Positions 54,599 through 64,000 of a stretch of 64,000 nucleotides of DNA are shown here, piece by piece (position 1 is the first letter of the stretch; each line of letters starts with the position of its first letter). Position numbers and translations under genes: made by a program. This DNA comes from Trypanosoma brucei (taxonomy: Eukaryota): NCBI GenBank assembly GCA_000002445.1, contig CH464491.1, positions 3,904,001 to 3,968,000 on the forward strand, written 5' to 3'. The notes below the pieces were generated by a model. The model made no database searches. It worked only from the letters and a program-made list of their open reading frames with translations, and was not told the DNA's origin.

Positions 54599-56386
54599 TT
54601 AATTAAGGGGGTTTAAATGTCGCATACACCGCGGTTGCGCAGCGAAGCTAAGACTAGAGAGACGAAAGTTAAGTGGGTCCAGCGACAATTGCTCGACGTC
54701 CCAACCAACCGCTTGAAGAGACTTCCTCAATTCGCCTCCTCGCTTCAACCAAAGCGACTGTTCCCCGTTGCAGGAACGAAGGAAACGACGAAGTTCCGCT
54801 AAATCATCGGCATGTTGTAGCAGTGCAGTGTACGCAAGAAGGTACGCAGTCAGCAGATGCAATGAATCGCACTCCTGATGGACGAAAAGCACCAACCGCT
54901 TGCCCAACACTTCAGATGTAGGAACATTTTTCTTCTTTGAGAAAAACCACTTACTGATTCGTTGTGTCAGCTGTGGTTTTTCCCATCGATGCCAGCGGTC
55001 CAGAAGTGATAGGGGGGCAGAAGGCTCCCAAAGGGCAAAAAGAAACATTTCTGAGGAACACAAGTACACAACATCTTCATCGAGAGAAGAGTACCGAATG
55101 CGGATCTTTCCGATTGGTGGATTTACGTAGAGAAGCCCTATGCGGTCGTTACCATCGGATCTCCCTCTGTCTATCATCCGGAGTCCAATGGCATCACTTA
55201 CCTCCCGTGGCGATAATACACGTCCCCTCTGGTGACCCTCCTCTCGCATGTAGAAGCGAAGGATCACGGAGAGGGTAGTTTCATTCAATATGCGAAAGGC
55301 TATATTACACATGGACAAATGAGAAATCGCTAAATTTGCACCACAGCACATAAGCACCGTAGCAAGTTGGGCCGTCACCGATGGTACTAAAGATGTGTAT
55401 GCAATTCCCAGTGCCGTTGAGACGGTGTAGATAACCATTCCAAAAGAGTTGAACTTCTTCGTGAGTTCCGCCAGGTTGTTACTGATGGCGAAGTGTTGCA
55501 GAGCGGAGGCTCTCGTCACCAAAAACATAAGCGACGCCGACTGCCGCACACACGAGGTTAGGATTGCGGCTGCAAGCAGATGATTTGGTACTGTTGTCGG
55601 AATAATCATCTCAGCTATGACGGAGAGATTGTGCAGCGCTACAGAAAAAACAAACCAAAACTTCGGCCTGTTTTCGTACGATATGACGCGATTTGCCAAA
55701 TACGCAGCGGCTAGGGCGGGGGCAAGATCTTTCAGCATCCATAGTTGTGGTGAAGATGCAAGTAAAAATCCATTAAGAATCGACTGATATCCAATTGATG
55801 AAGCAAAACTCGATACAAAGCTGCTACACAGGGAAAGAAGAAAATACCGTCTAAACCCCTCTCCACACGAATCAGGATACCCTGCAGGCATCCCAAATAA
55901 GTGCAAACGCTGCAAAAGCGACTCATTGCGCCGTGATGCAAGCCTAACTTCGAGAGGATGTGCGACCACAGTCTCCCACGAATAATTTACGTTACATTGC
56001 GAAAAACCAAGCTCGGATGGCGTGAGTGAAACCTCCCTTTTCTGTTTGTTGGAGTGGTTATACGAAGTGACTACAGAGGCATGAGATGAGTATCCCCCTT
56101 TGGTACCATCCCTAGGGGAAATAACAATCCGTTGTGACTGCGGTTCACACGGAAATGAAGTGTCAGTTACGCAAGAGGCCACTGCTCGACTTCTGTTACT
56201 GCGTATACCCCCATTCAGCGGCGCCATATGACGTATCCGCAACAATGTTGGGCCCACATAATGGTTAGACGCGTGACGGCGCACCGTCCCACACAGACTG
56301 CAGGCAACCAAACGCATCATTAAACCTGTGAGTGTAAGCGCACAAGGAAAAAAAAGTGTGTATGTGTGTACACTGTGACGATACAT
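54599..56386 (-). CDS. Hypothetical polytopic membrane protein (~595 aa)
   Basis: The track start at 56416 is GTG; the first ATG is at 56386. It has multiple hydrophobic helices in the C-terminal half ('FWFVFSVALHNLSVIAEMII', 'LLAAAILTSCV', 'VIYTVSTALGIAYTSLV', 'LATVLMCCGANLAISHL'). Confidence 0.5.
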   Translation of the reverse strand: MYRHSVHTYTLFFPCALTLTGLMMRLVACSLCGTVRRHASNHYVGPTLLRIRHMAPLNGGIRSNRSRAVASCVTDTSFPCEPQSQRIVISPRDGTKGGYSSHASVVTSYNHSNKQKREVSLTPSELGFSQCNVNYSWETVVAHPLEVRLASRRNESLLQRLHLFGMPAGYPDSCGEGFRRYFLLSLCSSFVSSFASSIGYQSILNGFLLASSPQLWMLKDLAPALAAAYLANRVISYENRPKFWFVFSVALHNLSVIAEMIIPTTVPNHLLAAAILTSCVRQSASLMFLVTRASALQHFAISNNLAELTKKFNSFGMVIYTVSTALGIAYTSLVPSVTAQLATVLMCCGANLAISHLSMCNIAFRILNETTLSVILRFYMREEGHQRGRVLSPREVSDAIGLRMIDRGRSDGNDRIGLLYVNPPIGKIRIRYSSLDEDVVYLCSSEMFLFALWEPSAPLSLLDRWHRWEKPQLTQRISKWFFSKKKNVPTSEVLGKRLVLFVHQECDSLHLLTAYLLAYTALLQHADDLAELRRFLRSCNGEQSLWLKRGGELRKSLQAVGWDVEQLSLDPLNFRLSSLSFAAQPRCMRHLNPLN

Positions 56387-57540
56387 GAGGGAGCAGTGTG
56401 TCTCCACGTAAAACACATAATAGTATTACGTTTGACAAATGAACAGGAGGGAAAAATAATGAGAAAGGCAGGCGAAGACATATGGCGTCGTAACCCTCCC
56501 TCCAAAAACCGAAACTCGCATCTTCTAATCACTACATCTGAACCCGCAACAACTCAGCCCGGACAAAATGTATCTTAAAAGCCTCCCTCCCTCCTTTTGT
56601 CTCCTATTTGCATGTATCATCGTTCCGTTACTTCTTTTCTTCCTTCGGAGGTCATTCATCATAAAAATGTGTCCCAACCTGTTTAAGTAACAAGTTCACG
56701 TTATTTTTATGTTTCTCCCCTTCCCCTCCCTCCGTCGCACACCAAGGTTTCTTCACACGAACATTCATGCTCATGTGAAAATACAATAACATCCTCCCCC
56801 AACAAAAAAAAAACAACAAAAAATACACCGCAGCAGCCACTAAAACAGTTGTATACATGTGTGCATGGCACACCATTGTACCTGCAATTGAAAGGGAAAA
56901 GGAGGAAGCTCATGAACGCGTCCGATTGAGGCCTTTAAGTGGGAAACGGAACGGTCCCCGTTTTCGTTCTGCAACTCTAATTAAAACAGCACAAACTGTC
57001 GCGGGTGTCATTGGTCGTGGCAAACACAACAAAAATTAAAAAAAACAGAACAAAAAAAACCGTTCGGACTCCAGACAAAAAAAAATGACAGTAGTATTGA
57101 ATAGAGTGAAGATACCCTTGTGGTTCCCTCTCCTATCTTTGACATAGCCGTCATGCCGAACGCAGTGGCGTTACATTTGTCAAACTGAACGGATTGTTTG
57201 GGATCAATAAACCGAATCAAAAATAACAGTGAGAAACTAATCGAGGTAAGCACAGAGCAGGAATACATCGGTGCGGGTGAGGTAAGTAAAGGCCCTGAAT
57301 GCGGCACGAGAAACGAAAAAGAAAAAGCCCAGCAGCAGCACTGCACAAAAAGCAACTGCCATAGACGAATTGGAGCATAACGCACATTGCAAAAATTGTA
57401 CAACGAAAATCATATAACAGAGAAAGAAAAAAAACATCGAACAAACATCATTCCCACCAAACCAAACTATTCTTTACACAGTTTTCTACCTTCCTACCCC
57501 GTCAGATTTTATTCTACTCTACATTTTGTGTTATTTGAAC

Positions 57541-57559
57541 TCTCTCTCTCTCTCTCTCA
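57541..57559. repeat. (CT)n microsatellite
   Basis: Direct reading: ctctctctctctctctctc. A second (TC)n lies at 8127..8144. Confidence 0.9.
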
Positions 57560-57831
57560 AACACTCTTTTTCTTTTTTACTCTTTCGTCTATCCATCAAA
57601 TTTTCGTTTGTGATTCCGTATTTATGTATATTCCGCACAGACTTTTCTTATATTCTCCTTTTTCCCTTTTGTATCTTTTTCCTCACTCCTCTCCTGCTAC
57701 ACCAACACAACTTCCCCGTACCTCCCCGTCCTTGTCCCCCGTATGATCGAGTGCACAAACCCCTTCCGACCCGCCCCCCGAAAAAAAAAAGACAAAAAAA
57801 AAGGATAGCATAAGTAATTCACTGCGGGGCG

Positions 57832-60003
57832 CTAAAAATCTAGCCAGCTGGCACCTTCATCTTCTTTCGCGGGGGGATCTTCGGATTCACCTGCAACCTT
57901 CTCATTATCGTTCGGCGCGGCTCCATTATTTCCGGATGACCCTGAATCTCTATGTGTATCCGTTCCGCCACCTGTAGAAGCCACGATTTCAGACGAGCTC
58001 TTTTCCCCTGCTTCACCTGGCAAAGCGGTTTCACTGGTTTCCGAGTAATCATCAGCGTTTTTCCTGGAGGCCGAATACGATTTCGGGGCGTCCTCATCGT
58101 AGTCATCCCTTTGGCTCGCATACTCGTCAGACCCCTGTCCATCCGTCTGTTTGGAACTTTTGCTCTTCGCCGAATCACCGCCATCTCCCCCCGCCGACTC
58201 CCCTGTTGCTTTCACGCCTCCAGGTGCAACGTCATCGACCGAGCCGCGTTTTCGGGGCTGCGAGTTATTACGAGCCGCACTCTGAGGAGTTTCATCACTA
58301 AGCAACTGAGAAGTTGTGTTGCTCCTTCGAGCTTCGTCTACCCGCCGCTTGACTTCACCCAGCGGGTCATACACCTTTGCACCCGGTTTTCCGCCCCCGT
58401 TATCGGTATTAGAACTGCGTTGGTTACCTTCGTTTGACCCTATCCTTGGGGACGGATCCCCACCCCTCTGTTCGAGGTTCCGCGCCACATCACCCCGAGG
58501 AGTTGTAAAGCTCTTGTCCACAGGTTCACGTGTTGGTGAGTTAGCAGTCTTTTGCCGATCAGCCTTTGAGGTCAAACGGTATATTTCGTCCCTCAATTCT
58601 CTTATTTTTGCTACATAGTATGCACGAGATTCCTTGTCGTGCCGGCTTCCCACCCTTCCACCACTAGAGTCAGACATATCTCCCCGACTCTTGGCTTTGA
58701 GGCGAGAAAGCTGCTTGTGCAGTTCGCAAATAGTTTCTGCCTTCCATCGGTATTCCTCGAACAAAGTCCGTGTGCCTTCATCGAGATCGGTGGGGGGTTC
58801 CCATTCCTTGGCTTCACGTACCTGTTCCTCCAACCTTTCCACACGTTTCTGAGTATCCTTCCGCATCCTTATTGCCGAAACGGCGTCTCGACGCCGATGA
58901 TCAAGTATTCGCCGCGCAAGTACCGAGTTGGCACGTATTTCATCAGCTAGCTGCTTAAACACCTTTTTCGGATCCCCCGTTTCGGAGGTGTTTACCAACA
59001 ACTTTTCGTTACTCCGTATGGACAGCAACAATGCGCGGCGCTCTTTGCTAAGCTCTGCAATGTCATTCTTGCACTCTTGAATAAGTTTGACGTACACGTG
59101 CATTTGCTTAATGCAATAAACCTTCCTTTGCAGAAAGCATTGCCGTTCAAGAAGCTCATCTCTCTCCCTCAGTAATTCACGTCGGGTGCCCTCGCGACTC
59201 AACATCCGCTGGAAACTAGCAGCGGCGGGTCTTTGGTATTGTTTCCACATTGTCCTGTTTTGGGAGCGACATAAAGTAGTATTCCTTCCCTTTTGAAGAA
59301 TTGAACGTTGTGCTTCCAACTTCAAACGAAGTTGATCATTTAACAAAAGAAGGTCGTTAAGTTCCTCTTTGGTAGACACAGAGGTAACCTGCTGGTCAGC
59401 CATCGCGTAGGCCGCTCCACGGGTTTGCCCAGTCTCGGCAGAGGGTCGTGTGGTCGGTTTACTGTCGCTGCCTGCGTTAGAATCATCACCAGCGCTCCGT
59501 GCGTGTGGTACGACATGTTTTTTCACCTCTGGACGCTTCTTCGGGGGAGTGTCACTTGAAGCAGACGAACTACCCCCATCGTCAGAAGACTCGTGGTCGC
59601 TGGAATCGTCTTTTCTCCTTGAGCTAAGGTAAGTTCCAGTGCCATTTTTGCCACTTCGCCGCCGACCTTCACCGGATCTATTACTTCCAGATGAACCCGA
59701 CCCACTGCCCCTTCTACTACCAGAGGCACTCGACGCGCCGCTCTTGTCACTGCCTTCGGAAGCAGCCAACACGCTGCTCTTCCTTCTGCTTGTGGAGACA
59801 TCCGATTCCGTGTATTTTTTACCGCTGTCCGACTTGTCTGACCCACCGCTCCCTTTACTCGACCCTGATGATGCACTCGACGCACTTCGAGAGCCATTCT
59901 TGCTTTCATCATACTCATCTTCGTAATCATCACCGTTAGAGGATCCACTTCCAGACCTCTTCGAGGAGCTATCACTCTCACTCCCTGACTCTGATGAGCT
60001 CAT
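57832..60003 (-). CDS. Hypothetical protein, 723 aa: Ser/Gly/Asp-rich low-complexity N-terminal ~270 aa, then coiled-coil-like region
   Basis: ATG verified. The N-terminus is 'MSSSESGSESDSSSKRSGSGSSNGDDYEDEYDE...', which looks like a phospho-acceptor-rich region. The central region has heptad-like charged runs (ELLRERDELLERQ..., ERLEEQVREAKE). Confidence 0.55.
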   Translation of the reverse strand: MSSSESGSESDSSSKRSGSGSSNGDDYEDEYDESKNGSRSASSASSGSSKGSGGSDKSDSGKKYTESDVSTSRRKSSVLAASEGSDKSGASSASGSRRGSGSGSSGSNRSGEGRRRSGKNGTGTYLSSRRKDDSSDHESSDDGGSSSASSDTPPKKRPEVKKHVVPHARSAGDDSNAGSDSKPTTRPSAETGQTRGAAYAMADQQVTSVSTKEELNDLLLLNDQLRLKLEAQRSILQKGRNTTLCRSQNRTMWKQYQRPAAASFQRMLSREGTRRELLRERDELLERQCFLQRKVYCIKQMHVYVKLIQECKNDIAELSKERRALLLSIRSNEKLLVNTSETGDPKKVFKQLADEIRANSVLARRILDHRRRDAVSAIRMRKDTQKRVERLEEQVREAKEWEPPTDLDEGTRTLFEEYRWKAETICELHKQLSRLKAKSRGDMSDSSGGRVGSRHDKESRAYYVAKIRELRDEIYRLTSKADRQKTANSPTREPVDKSFTTPRGDVARNLEQRGGDPSPRIGSNEGNQRSSNTDNGGGKPGAKVYDPLGEVKRRVDEARRSNTTSQLLSDETPQSAARNNSQPRKRGSVDDVAPGGVKATGESAGGDGGDSAKSKSSKQTDGQGSDEYASQRDDYDEDAPKSYSASRKNADDYSETSETALPGEAGEKSSSEIVASTGGGTDTHRDSGSSGNNGAAPNDNEKVAGESEDPPAKEDEGASWLDF

Positions 60004-60600
60004 TATATTTCACCCACTCCGTAGTGCGTTGCTGTGCCGCAATAACCCTTGAACACCCTTTTTACAAAGGATATCGCTTCCTTCACTACTTCTACTTGGG
60101 TGGTGGCGTACAGTGTGTAAAGGAAGGTGAAAATAGTTTCATCAGAAACGTATATACAGATTAAACGAGAAAGGTGGTGACCTGCCGCTTCCAGACAAAG
60201 GGGAACAAGTGGCAGTGAGGGAAAAAAAGGTTACAGAGATTTTAAATAGGTGAACAATCAAGGACCGCTCTTCATTTCTACATTGAAGGTAATTGAAAAG
60301 GCAAGGACCACAAACTGAACAAGGCCCGTCATCCATACATCTATCCACCGCTCTCCCCCCTTCCCACACAAAAATCTTTAACATATTCTAACTCGTTTCT
60401 CCTCCAGGTTGGTTCCCACACACACGTGTACAGAGACGCCACAGAGGAGAGTTTCCTTCTAGAGGCGGCAACAACAGTTCCGAGCAATGTTGCTTCAACA
60501 AGGAAAAAAGAGGTAACGAGGGGAGCACTAACATGGAAGTGTGGGAACTCCCGATTCACAACCAATTCAAAAATCACAATTTACACACCGCCAACTCACT

Positions 60601-61560
60601 TTACTTGGCATCTAGAATACGGCTCAACTCGGATTTCTGTTCTAGCGTGAGAAATCCTGGAAATGTTGTGTCACACTCGACGATGAGGTCGCCACGCGGG
60701 TTAGAGGGCTCGTCATTACGTGGAAGTCCTTGGCCAACGACGCGACGGCTGTACTTTGGGTGCACGATTTCATCAATGAGAACCGCAACATCAGTGCCTT
60801 CCATCGTTTGTACGGTTAGGGTTACGCCACAGAGTGCCTCCCTAAGGGTAATGGGCACCCTCACGACAAGATCGTCACCTTCACGGCGGAAACGCTCATG
60901 TGGAAGTAATTCCAACACCACGACCACATCACCACGTGCCCGGCCCTCCTCCCAGTCGCCCTTACCGTCAACAACAAATTTATCTCCCGCATGTGCACCT
61001 TTCGGCACGCGGAGCTCAAAGAACTCCTCCACCACCGTTTCGTTGCCCTGGCGGACAAAACTGCACTTCCAAGACGCTCGCCGTACGGCACCGTAATACA
61101 CATCCTCTAGCGTAACGGGCAGCTGCACCTCGATGGATGGTGCCTTCACGAGACTCTTGGGGATCACAGCAGTACTACTGAAGAAGTTGTGTCTATTGTT
61201 GCGTAGTCCATTGATCTCCCCAATCACCTGAAACGGGTTGTCAACACCAAAGAAACTCCGAAACACAGCATAGGGATCTATCGCGTCAAGATCAATCCCA
61301 CCAGGAATGCCCTGCGCGCCCGTCCCACCATGCCGAACACCCTCCTCGCCATACAGGTCGTAGATGCCTCGTGCTTTGGGGTTTGAGAGCACGACATATG
61401 CCTGTGAAACGTGTTTGAATTGCTTTTCCAGTGCAGCTGGATCAGGGTGATCCGGATTGCATTGTGGATTCACCGCCATGGAGTGGCGACGGTACGCCTT
61501 AGCGATTGCATCGTCCTCCGCATCGTGTAAGATTCCGAGAACATCGTATAGATCGGCCAT
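60601..61560 (-). CDS. DnaJ/HSP40 chaperone (J domain plus DnaJ C-terminal substrate-binding domains; type II-like)
   Basis: 319 aa with ATG verified. J domain 'LYDVLGI...AIAKAYRRHSMAVNPQCNPDHPDP...KQFKHVSQAYVVLSNPKARGIYDLYG' with the HPD motif. The C-terminal part, 'GDLIVECDTTFP' and 'PITLREALCGVTLTVQTMEGTDV', resembles DnaJ CTD I/II. Confidence 0.8.
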   Translation of the reverse strand: MADLYDVLGILHDAEDDAIAKAYRRHSMAVNPQCNPDHPDPAALEKQFKHVSQAYVVLSNPKARGIYDLYGEEGVRHGGTGAQGIPGGIDLDAIDPYAVFRSFFGVDNPFQVIGEINGLRNNRHNFFSSTAVIPKSLVKAPSIEVQLPVTLEDVYYGAVRRASWKCSFVRQGNETVVEEFFELRVPKGAHAGDKFVVDGKGDWEEGRARGDVVVVLELLPHERFRREGDDLVVRVPITLREALCGVTLTVQTMEGTDVAVLIDEIVHPKYSRRVVGQGLPRNDEPSNPRGDLIVECDTTFPGFLTLEQKSELSRILDAK

Positions 61561-62590
61561 AGATGCCCACGCTCACCAAAATATGCACGGCGCTTAAATG
61601 GAGTCCTCACTCGCTTAAAAGAGATGGAAAATCCCCCTTCTTCTTTCAACTGCTTTATGACTTCCTTTTTTATTCCCTTCTCCTACAAGGTCGACAGCAA
61701 CAAAGGTATTTGGGTAAATAAATAAAAAAGGTATGACACAGTGAAGCCGTAATTACGCCGTCCCCTTTCTCATATCTCCCTTGTTTCGCTCCCCTTTCCA
61801 CCTCCTCTCTTTGCTTTGTTCGGCAAGAAGGGAACAAATGGAAAAGGGGAGGGGATGAAATTACTCATCCGCTTCAGTAGGGGGAGGGAAGATGACGAAA
61901 GCGAAAATGACATACTCGACAGATAACATCACAAATTTTTTTTTAAGTTAACCACAATAAGGAGGGTAGCAAGGGTGCGTGGATCGGGACGCTTTCCCTC
62001 TCCATATAAAAAAGATTCGCGCCCAAATTACAGAAGAAGAGAAACAGATGGAGGCCTACACATTCCACGCAAACACACATACATTTCTTTTTTTCTCACT
62101 CCGCTGTTTCAAATTTAATCCCTGTCGAGTAACACATATATAGGCACCCTTAAAATCCGGCGAGCCGTACCCGAGGCACCAAATTCGTGAAGGTTTAGAA
62201 GTCGATCCACATAGTGACGGCTCTCGAACCTTAAACTACCAGACGCACCGAGGTAAGGGAACAAAACACACAAAGAGATAAATAAAGGTGAAAAATAGTA
62301 AAGGAGAAGCAATAAGAGGTGTAAAAACAAGAAAGAAGGACAGTGACGCCGAGAAAAGCAATTGCAAGCAACCGCTCATGGCGAAGTTCCCACATCTGCA
62401 CCGACTTCCTTACCCTGTCCTTCAAAACAACGGATAATAAGACGCAAAAAGTAAAACAAAAAAGAAAAAAAACGTCTCAACAGTGGGGTCCCAGCGTATA
62501 TTCACCTTCCTTATTTCACCCTTGTCATGCCACCAGCAATCACACCACAGTAAACCGTTTGAAAGCGGAAGGGACGCAACCGATAACAGA

Positions 62591-63877
62591 TCATTTTCGG
62601 GGTGTCACAAGATAAGAGTCCCTCGCCCGCGAACGCGTTTCAACGCGCACAGTGGAAGGGAAAACCTGACCGATTTTAGTGCCCGGTTTGACTGAAGTCA
62701 ATGCACCACTGGGACGTTGGGTGGCGGTGCGTTGTAGCTTCAGTGGCGACTCAGCTGCAGGTTTTGACCCGATCTTGATACCGGCTGCATAATTAGTGGT
62801 GCATGAGTCCATGTGGCGAACAGCCGACATGGTCCTGGTAAGCATTCCAGCTGTGTTTGACCTCGTTCGTGTAAGTGGCGTCTTTCGACCCGTTGTCACC
62901 GTCATGGCAGTGTTGCTCATCGCCCCACTGGATTTCCCCCCAAGTGAGGAGAGAAGCGCAGAAGTTGACCGCGTTGACATCTGCCTGCGGACGCCCATGT
63001 CAAAAGTTCTTCGCGGTCTTGTGGGAGTTTCCCACCTCCCCTCGTACTCTGTATGATACTGGTTTCTATCAACCGATGAATCGCAAGAAGCCATCCGCGG
63101 CGATGCACCAAGAGGAACTCTCGGTCTCACACGGGGCGGGTTCCACCTCATTGATGAATCGATGTACGGGCGGCGTGCTGGGTTAGTGGCATAACCGGTG
63201 GAGCACTGACTATTTCTTGTCAGAGACATATTAGCAACGCTCGTTCCGTTGCTAAGAGACTGCGAAAGTTGTTGTAGCGTACATTTGCATGAGTGTGTTG
63301 CAGCTAACCACTCGGGGGATAAGTGGTACAACGACTGTGGTAGAACAGACTTACCTTGTGCGGCACGTAGTAATACTGTATAAAATATCTCGTGGCGAGC
63401 GATCACCAATAGTTGGGGATAGAAGCAGTTCAGCACATCTGGCTGGTGAGACATGCTCAAGAACGCTGCGAGTACCCTCTTGATCGAAGAAACAAACTCG
63501 TCCCGCCAATCAGCTGTGAAGCGGTTTGACGAACGCAAAAAATCTTGGAGTTCCTTGTATGAAATGAGTATATTGCCGCGGCTGGTTAAGCGATGAATAC
63601 TCTGTAATGCTGCTCCCATCCTTGAAGCCTCCTTCCCTTGCATAGCTTTCGCAAACAAATACATCTCCTTTATATCACTGAGTGACGAATATTCAAAAGC
63701 CTCCACCAGCAACCGCTGAAGAGAAGCATCCACCACCTGCTTTTCTTCATCTGTTAACTCATTTGACGGGCCCAGAGACAAGGGAGATTTTACCTCCTCC
63801 CTTCGAATCGCCTCCGACACACCAGATAGCAAAGAAAGCATTTTATCACGTAAACCGTTCAATTGCTCCAACGTCAT
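62591..63877 (-). CDS. Hypothetical protein (~428 aa)
   Basis: Minus ORF 62591..63928. The track start is GTG (plus 'cac' at 63926-63928); the first ATG is at 63877 (MTLEQLNGLRDKML...). No recognisable domain. Confidence 0.5.
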   Translation of the reverse strand: MTLEQLNGLRDKMLSLLSGVSEAIRREEVKSPLSLGPSNELTDEEKQVVDASLQRLLVEAFEYSSLSDIKEMYLFAKAMQGKEASRMGAALQSIHRLTSRGNILISYKELQDFLRSSNRFTADWRDEFVSSIKRVLAAFLSMSHQPDVLNCFYPQLLVIARHEIFYTVLLRAAQGKSVLPQSLYHLSPEWLAATHSCKCTLQQLSQSLSNGTSVANMSLTRNSQCSTGYATNPARRPYIDSSMRWNPPRVRPRVPLGASPRMASCDSSVDRNQYHTEYEGRWETPTRPRRTFDMGVRRQMSTRSTSALLSSLGGKSSGAMSNTAMTVTTGRKTPLTRTRSNTAGMLTRTMSAVRHMDSCTTNYAAGIKIGSKPAAESPLKLQRTATQRPSGALTSVKPGTKIGQVFPSTVRVETRSRARDSYLVTPRK

Positions 63878-64000
63878 ACCCTCCCATGTCGGGATTGCAT
63901 CCGTATCCGTGAAGAACGAAGAAAGCACTGGTTCAGGTGTCGTACATCCCGATTCGTCGAGGTGAGTCGGAACAGTTGTTTTTGAGTAGCGAAACGCATC

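Overview
Kinetoplastid (trypanosomatid) nuclear DNA, most likely Trypanosoma brucei-group. The window is one unidirectional polycistronic transcription unit. All ~24 supported protein-coding genes are intronless and lie on the minus strand; there is no strand switch and no convincing tRNA or rRNA. Genes are separated by 0.3-2.4 kb low-complexity intergenic/UTR regions. On the plus strand these show purine-rich tracts (pyrimidine-rich on the coding minus strand, i.e. splice-acceptor tracts) 0.15-0.6 kb upstream of each ATG. Recognisable products are: ZFP2-like CCCH+WW zinc finger, PUF RNA-binding protein, SPOUT RNA methyltransferase, PEBP-domain protein, SMN orthologue (YG box, no Tudor), NEK kinase with C-terminal PH domain, Fe-superoxide dismutase, RABL2 GTPase, a divergent HSP60 paralogue, a CDF-type metal transporter with a His-rich tail, an NC2beta/NF-YB-like histone-fold protein, TMEM14-like protein and a DnaJ (type II) chaperone. 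There is also a very large gene that runs off the left edge of the window (1..7164). The features the annotation does not explain are: (i) a gene encoding an extremely acidic protein with a nested tandem repeat array (37-aa core, variable runs of 11-aa subrepeats, optional 13-aa tail) whose DNA is open in three frames; (ii) a pair of diverged but box-conserved C/D snoRNA-like elements about 320 nt apart in the 41.7-42.2 kb intergenic region. Caution: the supplied ORF track uses bacterial-style starts (GTG/TTG/ATG translated as M). Several gene starts were therefore moved to the first ATG.
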